Of a DNA stretch of 64,000 nucleotides, positions 37,603 through 48,000 are shown in pieces. A program made the position numbers and the translations under genes. The DNA comes from a virus. The stretch's first letter is position 1. Every line of letters starts with the position of its first letter. The notes beneath the pieces are model-generated. The model had not been told where the DNA came from. It ran no database searches and saw only the letters and a list, made by a program, of their open reading frames with translations. The stretch lies in IMG/VR virus record IMGVR_UViG_3300047546_001437, positions 1 through 64,000 of that record; one strand, given 5' to 3'.

Positions 37603-38478
37603 ATGGAAATTTTGAGAGTTCCGCCACTTCCAATAACTGTACTTATTGATGTACCAAGTGCATCAACTGAGTACGAGTATAAGGTTATTGATTTGGCGGA
37701 CTCATCAGAAATTAATGAAACCGTTACATCAAATACATCATCAAAAATATTAGTTACGCTACCATCAATATACGATAATGATTATGAAGTTGTTGTCGAA
37801 GGAAACTCACACTTCTATGAATTAAGAAGGCCTTATTCAAATCCAGAAAATTATGGAACAACTGCGTCAGAGATTAACGCATACAAACTTAATGAAGAAT
37901 TAGCAAGAGCAATTATAGATGCAGATAGCGAAGAATTTTATTATAAAAAAGAAGTAATAGAAACAACAGGTCTAGGCTTAGACTATATTCCTGTTTGGAA
38001 AGAAGTTCACAAAGTACTTAAAGTCTATGAAAACAATGTTTTGGTTTGGGATGCAGATAATCCAGACGATTATTCAGTTGAATATGTATTAACAGATGAC
38101 AAGACCGCTATAACTATGGCCTCGTCTGAACCAGTAAATAGAGATGAGTCTGCAAGAATATTATTACCAGCATCTCCTACAGATGTAGTTGATTTTCATT
38201 ATGCTCCACGAGGATTTCCAAAAGGCTGGGATTATAAAATAATTGTTGCAACAGGATATCCATCATTGCCATCAGACATTACTAGAGCAGCAGAGATTTT
38301 GATTCATGATATTGAGTGTGGAAAGTTAGATTATTATAAAAGATATATTGCTGCATACAATACGGATCAATTTAGAATTCAGTTTGACAAATCGGTTTTT
38401 AGTGGAACAGGGAACCTAATCGTAGACAAAATACTATCTAAGTATGAAAAGTCTATTAAATATATCGGGGTGTTGTAA
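37603..38478 (+). CDS. head-tail connector/adaptor
   Basis: GY..LPSDI..AA; ILSKY; gene position. Confidence 0.65.
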   Translation: MEILRVPPLPITVLIDVPSASTEYEYKVIDLADSSEINETVTSNTSSKILVTLPSIYDNDYEVVVEGNSHFYELRRPYSNPENYGTTASEINAYKLNEELARAIIDADSEEFYYKKEVIETTGLGLDYIPVWKEVHKVLKVYENNVLVWDADNPDDYSVEYVLTDDKTAITMASSEPVNRDESARILLPASPTDVVDFHYAPRGFPKGWDYKIIVATGYPSLPSDITRAAEILIHDIECGKLDYYKRYIAAYNTDQFRIQFDKSVFSGTGNLIVDKILSKYEKSIKYIGVL

Positions 38479-38927
38479 TGGTAATATGCGAAACACCAGA
38501 CTTCGCCTTCCCAATGCTTGCTGACGTATATCATCCAATTGTAGAGCAAGGAGTTTATGGAGAAGTTAAAAAGACTTGGATTTTGGATAGAACAATAGCA
38601 TGTTCTTTTAATTCAGCAGGAACTGCTTTTAAAGAAGAGATCACACCAAACATAAATATAACACAAGACAAACTACTTCTTGGTAGGGCAAAGAATGATA
38701 TAAGAATGTCAAGTTTAGAGGCTCGTAACTCTATAAATAATGTTATTATTACAAATATTCGTGATAAAAATTGTAATGAAATATATACAGAAACATCAGG
38801 GCCACGTGCAGGCAAGTCTACAATTTTTGAGATTGCAACTCAAGACCCATTTACTGGTCCGTTTGGAAATGTTGAATATTATAAATTAGTTATACGTAGA
38901 TCAGAAAATCAGGCGGTAGACGTATGA
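38478..38927 (+). CDS. putative head-closure protein
   Basis: Position and size. Confidence 0.55.
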   Translation: MVICETPDFAFPMLADVYHPIVEQGVYGEVKKTWILDRTIACSFNSAGTAFKEEITPNINITQDKLLLGRAKNDIRMSSLEARNSINNVIITNIRDKNCNEIYTETSGPRAGKSTIFEIATQDPFTGPFGNVEYYKLVIRRSENQAVDV

Positions 38928-39598
38928 TAGTTAAATTTAATAATGCAATGTTTAAAAAAGATATGAAGAACATAATTGATTATTCTATTGGCTTTTTAGA
39001 TGGTGTAAAAAAGGGCAAGACCCCATTCTTACAGGCAGTAGGTTTAGAAACAGTAGAATTAATGAAGCAATACATTGACTCAAGTGCAAGAACAAATCCA
39101 GCAGTTCTTCATCACGTATATGAGTGGAATCAGGCTGGAAGTCCAAATGCAAGATTATTTGATATTAATTATACGGTTAGTGGGCTCGGACTTTCTTTTA
39201 GATCTACATTTACACAATCTACATCGATTAAAAACGGATCTCGTGTTCCATTTTATGACAAAGCAAGAATTATGGAGCAAGGAATTTCTGTAACAATAAA
39301 ACCAAAGCAGGCTCAGGTTTTAGCATTTACTGATAATGGTGAAGAGATTTTTACTAAGGGGCCAGTTAACGTAAGTAATCCTGGTGGCGATGCCGTTGCT
39401 GGAGGATTTGAGAGAACGTTTGATGAATTTTTTAATAGATACTTTACTCAGGCATTTTTAAGAGTAAGCGGTGTTGCAAAATATTTAGAAAATCCAATAG
39501 CGTATAAGAAAAATCTTCCTGCAGGTAAAAGGACTGGAAGATCAAAGGGTATCGAAACAGGATATCGCTGGATAGCAAACGCAGGAGTAGGTGCATAA
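38924..39598 (+). CDS. putative neck/tail-completion protein
   Basis: Position. Confidence 0.55.
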   Translation: MIVKFNNAMFKKDMKNIIDYSIGFLDGVKKGKTPFLQAVGLETVELMKQYIDSSARTNPAVLHHVYEWNQAGSPNARLFDINYTVSGLGLSFRSTFTQSTSIKNGSRVPFYDKARIMEQGISVTIKPKQAQVLAFTDNGEEIFTKGPVNVSNPGGDAVAGGFERTFDEFFNRYFTQAFLRVSGVAKYLENPIAYKKNLPAGKRTGRSKGIETGYRWIANAGVGA

Positions 39599-40200
39599 TG
39601 GCCATTTCATATCCACCAATATTTATAAATGACTATTTGCAGGAAAAGATTGCACAAGCCTTTGAAACTGAGTGGAAGTTTGAGGACGATGTCACACGTA
39701 CCAAACTTAATATCCCATTTTTCCCAACAGGTCCAAGCACAATAGAGCAACTTACATCACAGTTTCCAAGTTCTGAATATGGACTATTTTGTGTATATGA
39801 CAGAATGTTCAGGATGCGTCGCAAAGCATTCCCACACATTAAAGACGAACAAATTTTGTATTATTTTTATAAAACTGTGGGGGACCCAGCATTACTTATA
39901 GAAACTACTCAGAAGGTTCAAGATCTGCTCGACAGAGGCGATGAGTCTGCACAAGAAGTCAATAAATGGATTCAGGATAAACTGGACCCAGAGACAAAAT
40001 TATATAAAGGTAAATTTCTTCCAGTATATTTTCATGAATTTACGATATATCAATTAGAAGAGGCACGAGATATAATTGATTTTGGTACGGCCAGAACCTA
40101 TGCTGGAAATAAGATAATTATTAGTTATTGTTATCACTCCAAGGGTGAGGGCAAAAATGCAGACGGAAATCGCACATATAATAGTACAATAATTTCATAA
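39598..40200 (+). CDS. putative tail terminator
   Basis: Position directly before the tail tube gene. Confidence 0.5.
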   Translation: MAISYPPIFINDYLQEKIAQAFETEWKFEDDVTRTKLNIPFFPTGPSTIEQLTSQFPSSEYGLFCVYDRMFRMRRKAFPHIKDEQILYYFYKTVGDPALLIETTQKVQDLLDRGDESAQEVNKWIQDKLDPETKLYKGKFLPVYFHEFTIYQLEEARDIIDFGTARTYAGNKIIISYCYHSKGEGKNADGNRTYNSTIIS

Positions 40201-40267
40201 AAGGCCTGTATAATAATAAACGAGGAAACACGCCTTTTATTTCTATAGAAAAAAAGAGGTGAAATTA

Positions 40268-40882
40268 ATGGCTCTAGGTAATAGCAGTAATATTATCGTA
40301 GGTGCAGCGCAGGTCTGGGTACATGACGGACTACTTACGGACGCCGCTCTGCCAGCATATGTTGATGCCGTAAAGTACGGAACAACACTTGATGCAGATG
40401 CTGACTTCCGCAATGTTGGTTACACCATGAATGGTTTGGAACTACAGTTCCAGCCAGATTTTGGTGAAGTCGCAGTAGATCAGGTTCTTGACGTTGCCAA
40501 GTTGTTCAAGCAAGGTATGCAGGTAAACCTAAATACCACATTTGCTGAATCAACACTAGAAAATCTTCTTGTTGCAACTGCAGGATCTGACTCAGATCTT
40601 AGCACTGTATCAGGAAACCCAACACTCAATCTTAAGGCAGGAACCCTTGGTGAATGTCCTATTGAGCGTGGTATTGTAGCGGTTGGACCAGGAACAGGTG
40701 ACTGTGAAGCAGGTTCAAACTTGGAACGAGTCTATGTTGCGTATCGTGCACTTTCAATTGAGAGCGTAACGGTATCTGCAAAGCGTGATGAGGCAACAAT
40801 GTTTGAAGTTTCATTCCGCCTACTCCCTAATGACAATGGATCTTATGGTAAGATCGTTGATCGTACAGTCGACGTAGCATAA
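40268..40882 (+). CDS. major tail (tube) protein
   Basis: NIIVGAA, VGYTxxG, VDQ, E.TLENL; own promoter and terminator. Confidence 0.8.
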   Translation: MALGNSSNIIVGAAQVWVHDGLLTDAALPAYVDAVKYGTTLDADADFRNVGYTMNGLELQFQPDFGEVAVDQVLDVAKLFKQGMQVNLNTTFAESTLENLLVATAGSDSDLSTVSGNPTLNLKAGTLGECPIERGIVAVGPGTGDCEAGSNLERVYVAYRALSIESVTVSAKRDEATMFEVSFRLLPNDNGSYGKIVDRTVDVA

Positions 40883-40901
40883 TACAATTTAATAATACAG
40901 A

Positions 40902-40935
40902 TAGCCCAGCCCACAAGGTTGGGCTTTTCTGTTTT
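40902..40935 (+). terminator. intrinsic terminator
   Basis: AGCCCAGCC-CACAA-GGTTGGGCT followed by TTT. Confidence 0.8.
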
Positions 40936-40951
40936 GGTATACTTATATGTA

Positions 40952-41638
40952 ATGGCAACAAAGATATATGATACAGCAAAAATATCACTGGTAGATGGAG
41001 AGGAAATAACTTTAACTCCATTAAAAATAAAATACCTTCGTGAGTTTATGTCAGCATTTGAATTAGTTAAAGATGCAAAAGATGACGATGATGCAATAAC
41101 TAAACTATCTGAATGCGCTAGAATAACTATGCAACAGTATTGTCCTAGAATAAAAACAATTGAAGATTTAGAAGATAATTTAGATTTGCCATCAATTTAT
41201 AAAATATTAGATATTGCAGCAGGTATTAAGGTAAGTGACAAATCTGATAAATCTGTCAAAAATCAGGCAACCGAAAGTGGTTCTACATGGGAAACACTAG
41301 ATTTGGCTAAACTAGAATCAGAAACATTTTTATTAGGAATTTGGAAAGACTATGAAGAATTGGAAACATCTCTTTCTATGCCAGAAATGCTTGCTACACT
41401 AGAAATAAAAAGAGAACTAGACTACTCTGAAAAGAAGTTCTTGGCTGCAATTCAAGGGGTAGATCTAGACAAGCAGTCAAATAAATCTAATGCTTGGGAA
41501 GATATGAAGGCTAGAGTATTCAGCAAGGGCAAGGCTAAAGATGCAAATGATATTGTGGCCCTACAAGGTGTTAATGCACAACAGGCTGGATTTGGTATTG
41601 GTTTGGGATTAGACTATGAGGATCTCACCAAAAAATAA
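40952..41638 (+). CDS. tail assembly chaperone, long (GT-like) form
   Basis: N-terminal half paralogous to 41684-42013; lies between tail tube and tape measure. Confidence 0.7.
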   Translation: MATKIYDTAKISLVDGEEITLTPLKIKYLREFMSAFELVKDAKDDDDAITKLSECARITMQQYCPRIKTIEDLEDNLDLPSIYKILDIAAGIKVSDKSDKSVKNQATESGSTWETLDLAKLESETFLLGIWKDYEELETSLSMPEMLATLEIKRELDYSEKKFLAAIQGVDLDKQSNKSNAWEDMKARVFSKGKAKDANDIVALQGVNAQQAGFGIGLGLDYEDLTKK

Positions 41639-41683
41639 AGTGCACTATGGTATAATTAATTCAACCTTATAAGGAGGCAATAA

Positions 41684-42013
41684 ATGGCTACTACCGTACA
41701 TGAAGAAAAAACGGTAACATTAATCGATGGAACAACAATAAAGGTACGCCCTTTGAAGATCTCTCTACTTCGTCAGTTTATGTCTAAGTTTGAGGGTATC
41801 GCTGCTGTGGCGGAAGATAATGAAAAATCAATGAATCTACTTATGGAGTGTGTTGCTATTGCAATGAAGCAATACAAGCCTGAGTTAGCAGAAGACATGG
41901 AGGCTCTAGAAGAAAATCTAGATCTTCCAACTGTATACAAGATTGTCGAAGAAGCATCTGGAATCAAATTAACTGATGCATCGCTAGTAGGCAGTTTTGT
42001 AACAAACAGTTAA
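41684..42013 (+). CDS. tail assembly chaperone, short (G-like) form
   Basis: LIDG...PLKI..LR.FM...LEENLDLPTVYKI. Confidence 0.7.
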   Translation: MATTVHEEKTVTLIDGTTIKVRPLKISLLRQFMSKFEGIAAVAEDNEKSMNLLMECVAIAMKQYKPELAEDMEALEENLDLPTVYKIVEEASGIKLTDASLVGSFVTNS

Positions 42014-42028
42014 TAGAGGTGCAAGTGA

Positions 42029-45000
42029 ATGGCTGATATTCAGTCAAATATTCAAGTAAATATAGATACGTCGGAAGCGTTAGCAAGTATAAAGGCGCTT
42101 CAACGACAGATATCAGCCTTTCACACCTCAATGGCAAAAAGTGGTGCTGCTGCTGCTGCAGTATCCGCTAACTTACAACAAAACTTAGTTAACTCTCTTA
42201 ATGCTACTGGTAAGTTTGCAGCAGAGATGCGAACAATTCGCACAAGTACAGAATCATTTACAAATTCTTTAGAAAAAAATAAATTTACAATGCGGGAATA
42301 CTTCCGCTATGCTGGTGCATCAACAAAAACCTTTGGCAGACTTTTTAGATCCGAATTTGATACTATTGAAAAGGTTGCTCGTGAAAGAGTAAAAACTTTA
42401 CAAACACAATACATAAAGATGGGCCGTGATGCCAACGGTGCAATGAAGGCAATTGCTGTTAGACCTCTTGCACTCGATATGGAAAATCTTGCTACAAAAA
42501 CTCAAATTGCAGCACAAAGACAGCAACTCCTAAATCAACTTCTTAAGCAAGGCTCTACAAATCTTCTAAATTTTGGTAAGAATACACAGTGGGCTGGTCG
42601 TCAGTTAATGGTTGGTTTCACAATTCCTTTGATGTATCTTGGCACTGCAGCATCTAAAACATTTATGAAATTAGAAGAGCAGGCTATTAGATTTAAGCGT
42701 GTTTATGGTGAAATGTTTACAACTGGACAAGAGACAGACAAGATGCTCAAAGAGGTTCAGTTACTTGCAAAAGAGTTTACAAAGTATGGCGTTGCTGTTG
42801 AAAAAACAATGGAAATGGCTGCAACTGCAGCAGCAAGCGGTAAAATGGGAGCAGACTTACTTGCACAAGTAAATCAGGCAACACGACTTGCAGTTCTTGG
42901 TGGAGTAGAGCAAGAGCAAGCACTCGAGACAACAATTTCATTAACTAATGCTTTTGGTGTAGCAGCAGAAGATTTAACTAAAAAGATTAACTTCCTTAAC
43001 GCAGTTGAAAATCAAACTGTTGTATCTATTGAAGACTTAACAGTTGCAATTCCAAAGGCTGGACCAGTGGTTCAACAATTGGGTGGAGACGTAGAGGATT
43101 TAGCATTCTTCCTAACTGCCATGAAGGAAGGTGGAATTAATGCATCAGAAGGTGCCAACGCACTCAAGTCTGGTCTTGCATCATTAATTAATCCAACTAA
43201 AAAAGCAAGCGCAATGCTTGCTGATATGGGAATTAATATTACAGGAATTGTTGAAGCAAACAAGGGTAACGTAAAGGGAGTAGTTGTTGAATTTGCTAAA
43301 GCATTAGATACTCTAGATCCACTAAATCGTGCTCGTGCAATTGAGCAGTTATTTGGCAAGTTCCAGTTTTCACGTTTGTCTACATTATTTCAAAATGTTA
43401 TTGCACAAGGCAGTCAGGCAAGTCGTGTTTTATCTTTAACACAGGCAACCACTGAAGAGTTAGCAATTCTAGCAGAACGAGAATTAAAGCGTGTTGAAGA
43501 ATCCCCAATGTATAAATTTAAGAAATCTATTGAAGATCTTAAAGTTACTCTTGCGCCAGTAGGAGAAGCATTCCTTAAGGCTGTAACACCAATTGTAGAA
43601 TTTGTTGCAAAAATATTAGATAAGTTTAATAACTTAGGTGATGGTGCCAAAAACTTTGTTGTTATTTTAACAACTGTTCTTGCTGGTATTGGTCCAGTAG
43701 CACTTATGACATTTGGTTTGCTTGCAAACGGATTAGCAAACATTATTAAACTGTTTACAAGTGTTAAAAGTTTATTTAATCGTGTAGGACAGTCATCTCA
43801 AACACTTGGTGCCACAACCGAATACATGACACAAGAACAACTACAGGCTGCTGCAGTAGCGTCGTCGCTTGATCAAGTTCATAATAAATTAATACAAACA
43901 TTTACATCTGAAAGAAATGCACTTACTGCTTTAATTGCTGCATATCAAAGAGCAGTTGCAGCACAAGCAGCATTTATGCCAGTTGCTGGAATGGTTCGTG
44001 GCAAGGGTGGTCCAAAGAAATTTAATAAGGGTACAGTTGGTGTACGTTATTATGCTAATGGAACAGATACAGTTCCAGCAATGCTAACTCCTGGTGAAGC
44101 AGTAATTCCTGCAGGACCAGCACAACATCCAGCCAATAAACCAGCAATTGCATACATGGTTGCAGGTGGTATTCTTGGACAACATGCTACTGGAACCACA
44201 AAAATTGTTGGAGACAGATCTGTTGGTTTTGGTGGAAAGCAGTTTGTTGCATCTACCAGTGCCAGCGTTATTGGAATTCAGAATTTAATTAAAGATGCAC
44301 AAAGACTATCTGGTGTAATCTCAAATATAGACGATTTAATTTTACAGGCATTGAATGAAGCAGTAAACGCAATTAACTCAAAGGGTAAAGTTTCTATTAA
44401 AAACTTTAAGTCTGCACTTGCAACTGTGGGTGGCGGAGCAATTCCTATGGGCAAAACAACAAAGGCTTATCAAGGTGGATTTGCTGGAAATGCTGGAGTT
44501 GTTGCTGCACACGGAACTCCTGGTGTAGTTCTTTCTGCATCTCAGGCAAATAAACTTGGAGCACAACTAGCCCCAGGTGCAGTGGCAAGTCAATTAATGC
44601 AAACAACTGGAAATGTAAGAATGCTTTCAAACATGACATTCCCAATGCCAGCATCATTTAATAAAGGACAAATGACTGGTGCAGAAGGTGCAAAATGGGT
44701 TGGACAAAATAGAGCAAGATTTACATCTATGATTGCACAACAGCATGGCTTAAGTCCAAATGATCCAGGACTACTTGAGTTTGGAAAAATTATTGGACAA
44801 GCCTTAAAACGTATGGGTAATACTGTTGTTAGCGAAAGTCAGTTTGAAGAGATTATTGAACAAGGACTAAAGAGAGATCTTGATGCAGCAGCAAAGGGAG
44901 CATTATTAAAGTCTAAGAATACATTTGCAACTGCACAAATTGGTGGATTTGCTGGACGTGCAGGACATGGTGGAATACAAAGAGTAAATCTTCCAGCAAA

Positions 45001-48000
45001 TGCAGCAGGACAAAGTTTTGCTGGACTTAATTTAGGTGGAAGAAGTTATAGGTCTCAAAATATTGCTCAATACAATGAACAGGCAGATAAGTTTGTAGTA
45101 AAAAGAGTTAGAGAACGTGCAAAGAGATTTGCAATTACAACTGCAACAGCATTTGAGTCTGGAATAAAAGAAGTTCTTCAGGTCGCATCTCCTTCAAAGA
45201 GAATGCAAAAAATTGGACAAGACTCTGGTCGTGGTCTTATTCTTGGAGCACAAGAGTTTGTAGATGATGCAAGAGCAGCAGGACAACAAATTGGTGGCGC
45301 TGCTGCACAAGGAGTGATGAGCCAATCTCAAAAGATTGCAGCCTCAAGAACAGCACTTTATGGAACTGGGCCAATAGATCCTGCACAGAAATCAATAAGA
45401 AGACAATTAGAAAAACAAGAAAGACTTCGTGCTATTCAAGAAAGAAGAATGCTTCAGCAAAGTACAGTTGCTGGAATGGTAGCAGGCGGAGCAGGAGTAA
45501 AGAATGCACCAGCACCTGCCGATCCAGATGGTCCTGGAACTACTAGAGGAAGAATGGGTGCTGGAACAGGAATGATGGCAGCATCTGGGGTTATGATGGC
45601 AGCATCAATGGCACCAGGAAAAGTTGGCGAGGTAGCACAAAAATTAATGATGCCATTAATGACATTAACAATGCTCCTTCCATTAATTCAAAGCCCATTG
45701 GGAGCATTTGCAGTTGGTTTAACAGCAGTTGTTGCAGCAACCCTTGCTCTAAGGATGGCATTTGACAAAGCACAAGATAATGCAATGAAAATGGCTGAAG
45801 CCATGGGTAGTGGTGAAAAGGCCATTCAAGATTTATCTGAGTTTGCTGGAACTGCTCGTGCTGGAGAAATTATGGATAAGAGAAGGTCAAATGCTCTTTC
45901 ACAATTCCAGGTTCAACCAGGAAAGACTACATTTGGACAAGCATATGTTCAGTCTGAACAAGGCAAGGCAATGCTTAAGAATATAACAGAAACAATGCAG
46001 ACTGGTGGTAAGGGTGCTGCTAAGAGCCAACTAATTAATCAATTAACAACTGGTGTTGCATCTGGTGCAATCACTGTAGAACAAGCAAGAAGTATGGCAG
46101 CAAACATATCACAGCAACTAGGAGATTATGGTTTTGGAATACAGGTAAGTGCAAAGTTAACTGAATTGCTTGGTGTTAATGGAGAAAACTTACAGAAAGA
46201 TCCATTAACGCTTAGAGTAAGATTGGTAGAAGAATCAAGAAAAGATTTGCAATCAAAATCTAAACTACTCAACACTGCTGCCCCAGGAGCATTGACACAA
46301 ACACAAGGTAAGGTCCAAATGGCTGGTCTTGGTGCTGTAGGAGCCATAGCAGGAGGCAGTTTAGCAGCAGGTGCATTAGCGGGTGCAACAGCAGGATCTG
46401 TAGTCCCAGTAGTTGGAACTGCAATTGGTGCTGCGATTGGTGCAACAATTGCTGCAGGTGTTGGATACTTTGCTCAAAAAGGTCAGCAGGAAAAACTTGG
46501 TCGTGCTTCTGGAGCACATGTTGCAATGCAAAAAATGGCATTAGAACAAAGTCAAGAAATGCAAGATTCACTTAGACTTGAATACGAACAAAGAATTGCT
46601 AATGCTAAGGCAGCAGGAGACACTGCTGAAGCAATAAGATTACAAGGAGAGTATGAGGCAGCAAATGCTAAACTACTTGCTGAAAATGGAAGACTTGTAA
46701 CGGATATACAGACGACATATGCTAATGCATCAGGTGCGGTTAAGGGAGCACTTGAAACTGGTGTTGATAAAGCAATCACACAAAAATACAAGGGTACAGC
46801 AATGGAAGACATTGCACCAATGGCAAAAGATTTAATTAATGATAGTGGGCTATCTAAAGAGCAGCAATATACATTAAAGATGCAAGTTGCATCTGGCAAT
46901 ATGGACCCAATGCAAATTGTAAATCTTATGGATTCATTTGGAAAAGATCAACAAACACTTACAAAGGTAATGGAAATTGTTACAAAATTTGGTGGAACTT
47001 TTGCAAATCAAGCGATGTCTATATCTAGTTTGTTTGTCGACAAAGATGGTAAGCCACTTAAGAAACAACAGACAAAGTTTATTGCAGATATTAGTACTAA
47101 GACTCCAGCAGAAGCAGAAAAATATCTAAATCTATTTACTCAAATTGGCAAAGTCGGACAATCTGAACTTGTAGATCTTGGAGTTGCACTAACATATTAT
47201 AATAATAATCCAGAAGCAGCACAAAAACTAGATGAAACTATTAATAAGATTAATGAACAAAAAGGAAAGATAAGTCTTGATATTGCAACAAAAATTGTTG
47301 GTGCAAAGGAAATGGAAGTTCTTAGAGCAAATCAGGAATACTTTAACTCTCTTCCACCAGAACAACAAAAGATATACTTGCAAACACTAACAACTGTTGT
47401 TAATATGGAAGGTAATAATAAAGATGCAGTTCAGGCTTGGCTTAAGGCAAATCCTGGAAAAACAGAATTAGATTATTATGGTCAAGCAACATACCAAGTA
47501 ACAAAAACATCTTCAGACTCAACAACTAAACCAACTGGCAAAACTCCAAGCAGTGCAGGTAAGGCAGAGTCCTCCGTTCTTGACGACCTATTAAAGAAAT
47601 TAAGAGATGTTAGAAAGAATCAGATTAAGGTTACTGAAGGCTGGGGCGCTTCTCGTAAAGCATTAGAAAGTTTGTTTGGTGGAAAGAAAACAATTACAGC
47701 ATTTAGTGGTATAGAGCAAGACTTAAGAAAACTTGGTGCTGGACAAAATCTTATTGAACTTATCATTGGTATGGATCCAAAAGAATATGAGAAACGTAAA
47801 AAATCTTTATTTAAGTTTGATAATAAAGGAAATATTATTGGTCTAAAAAGAGATGCTAAGAATATTCAAGAAGCACTCAATTCAATAGTTGCTGGACAGT
47901 TCCAGTCAGGAATCGAAGAGCAGAGACAAGGAATTATAGATCAAAATAAAGCATTTGAAAAACTATCACAACTAGGAGTTCCAGTAGGAAAGGCGTATGA

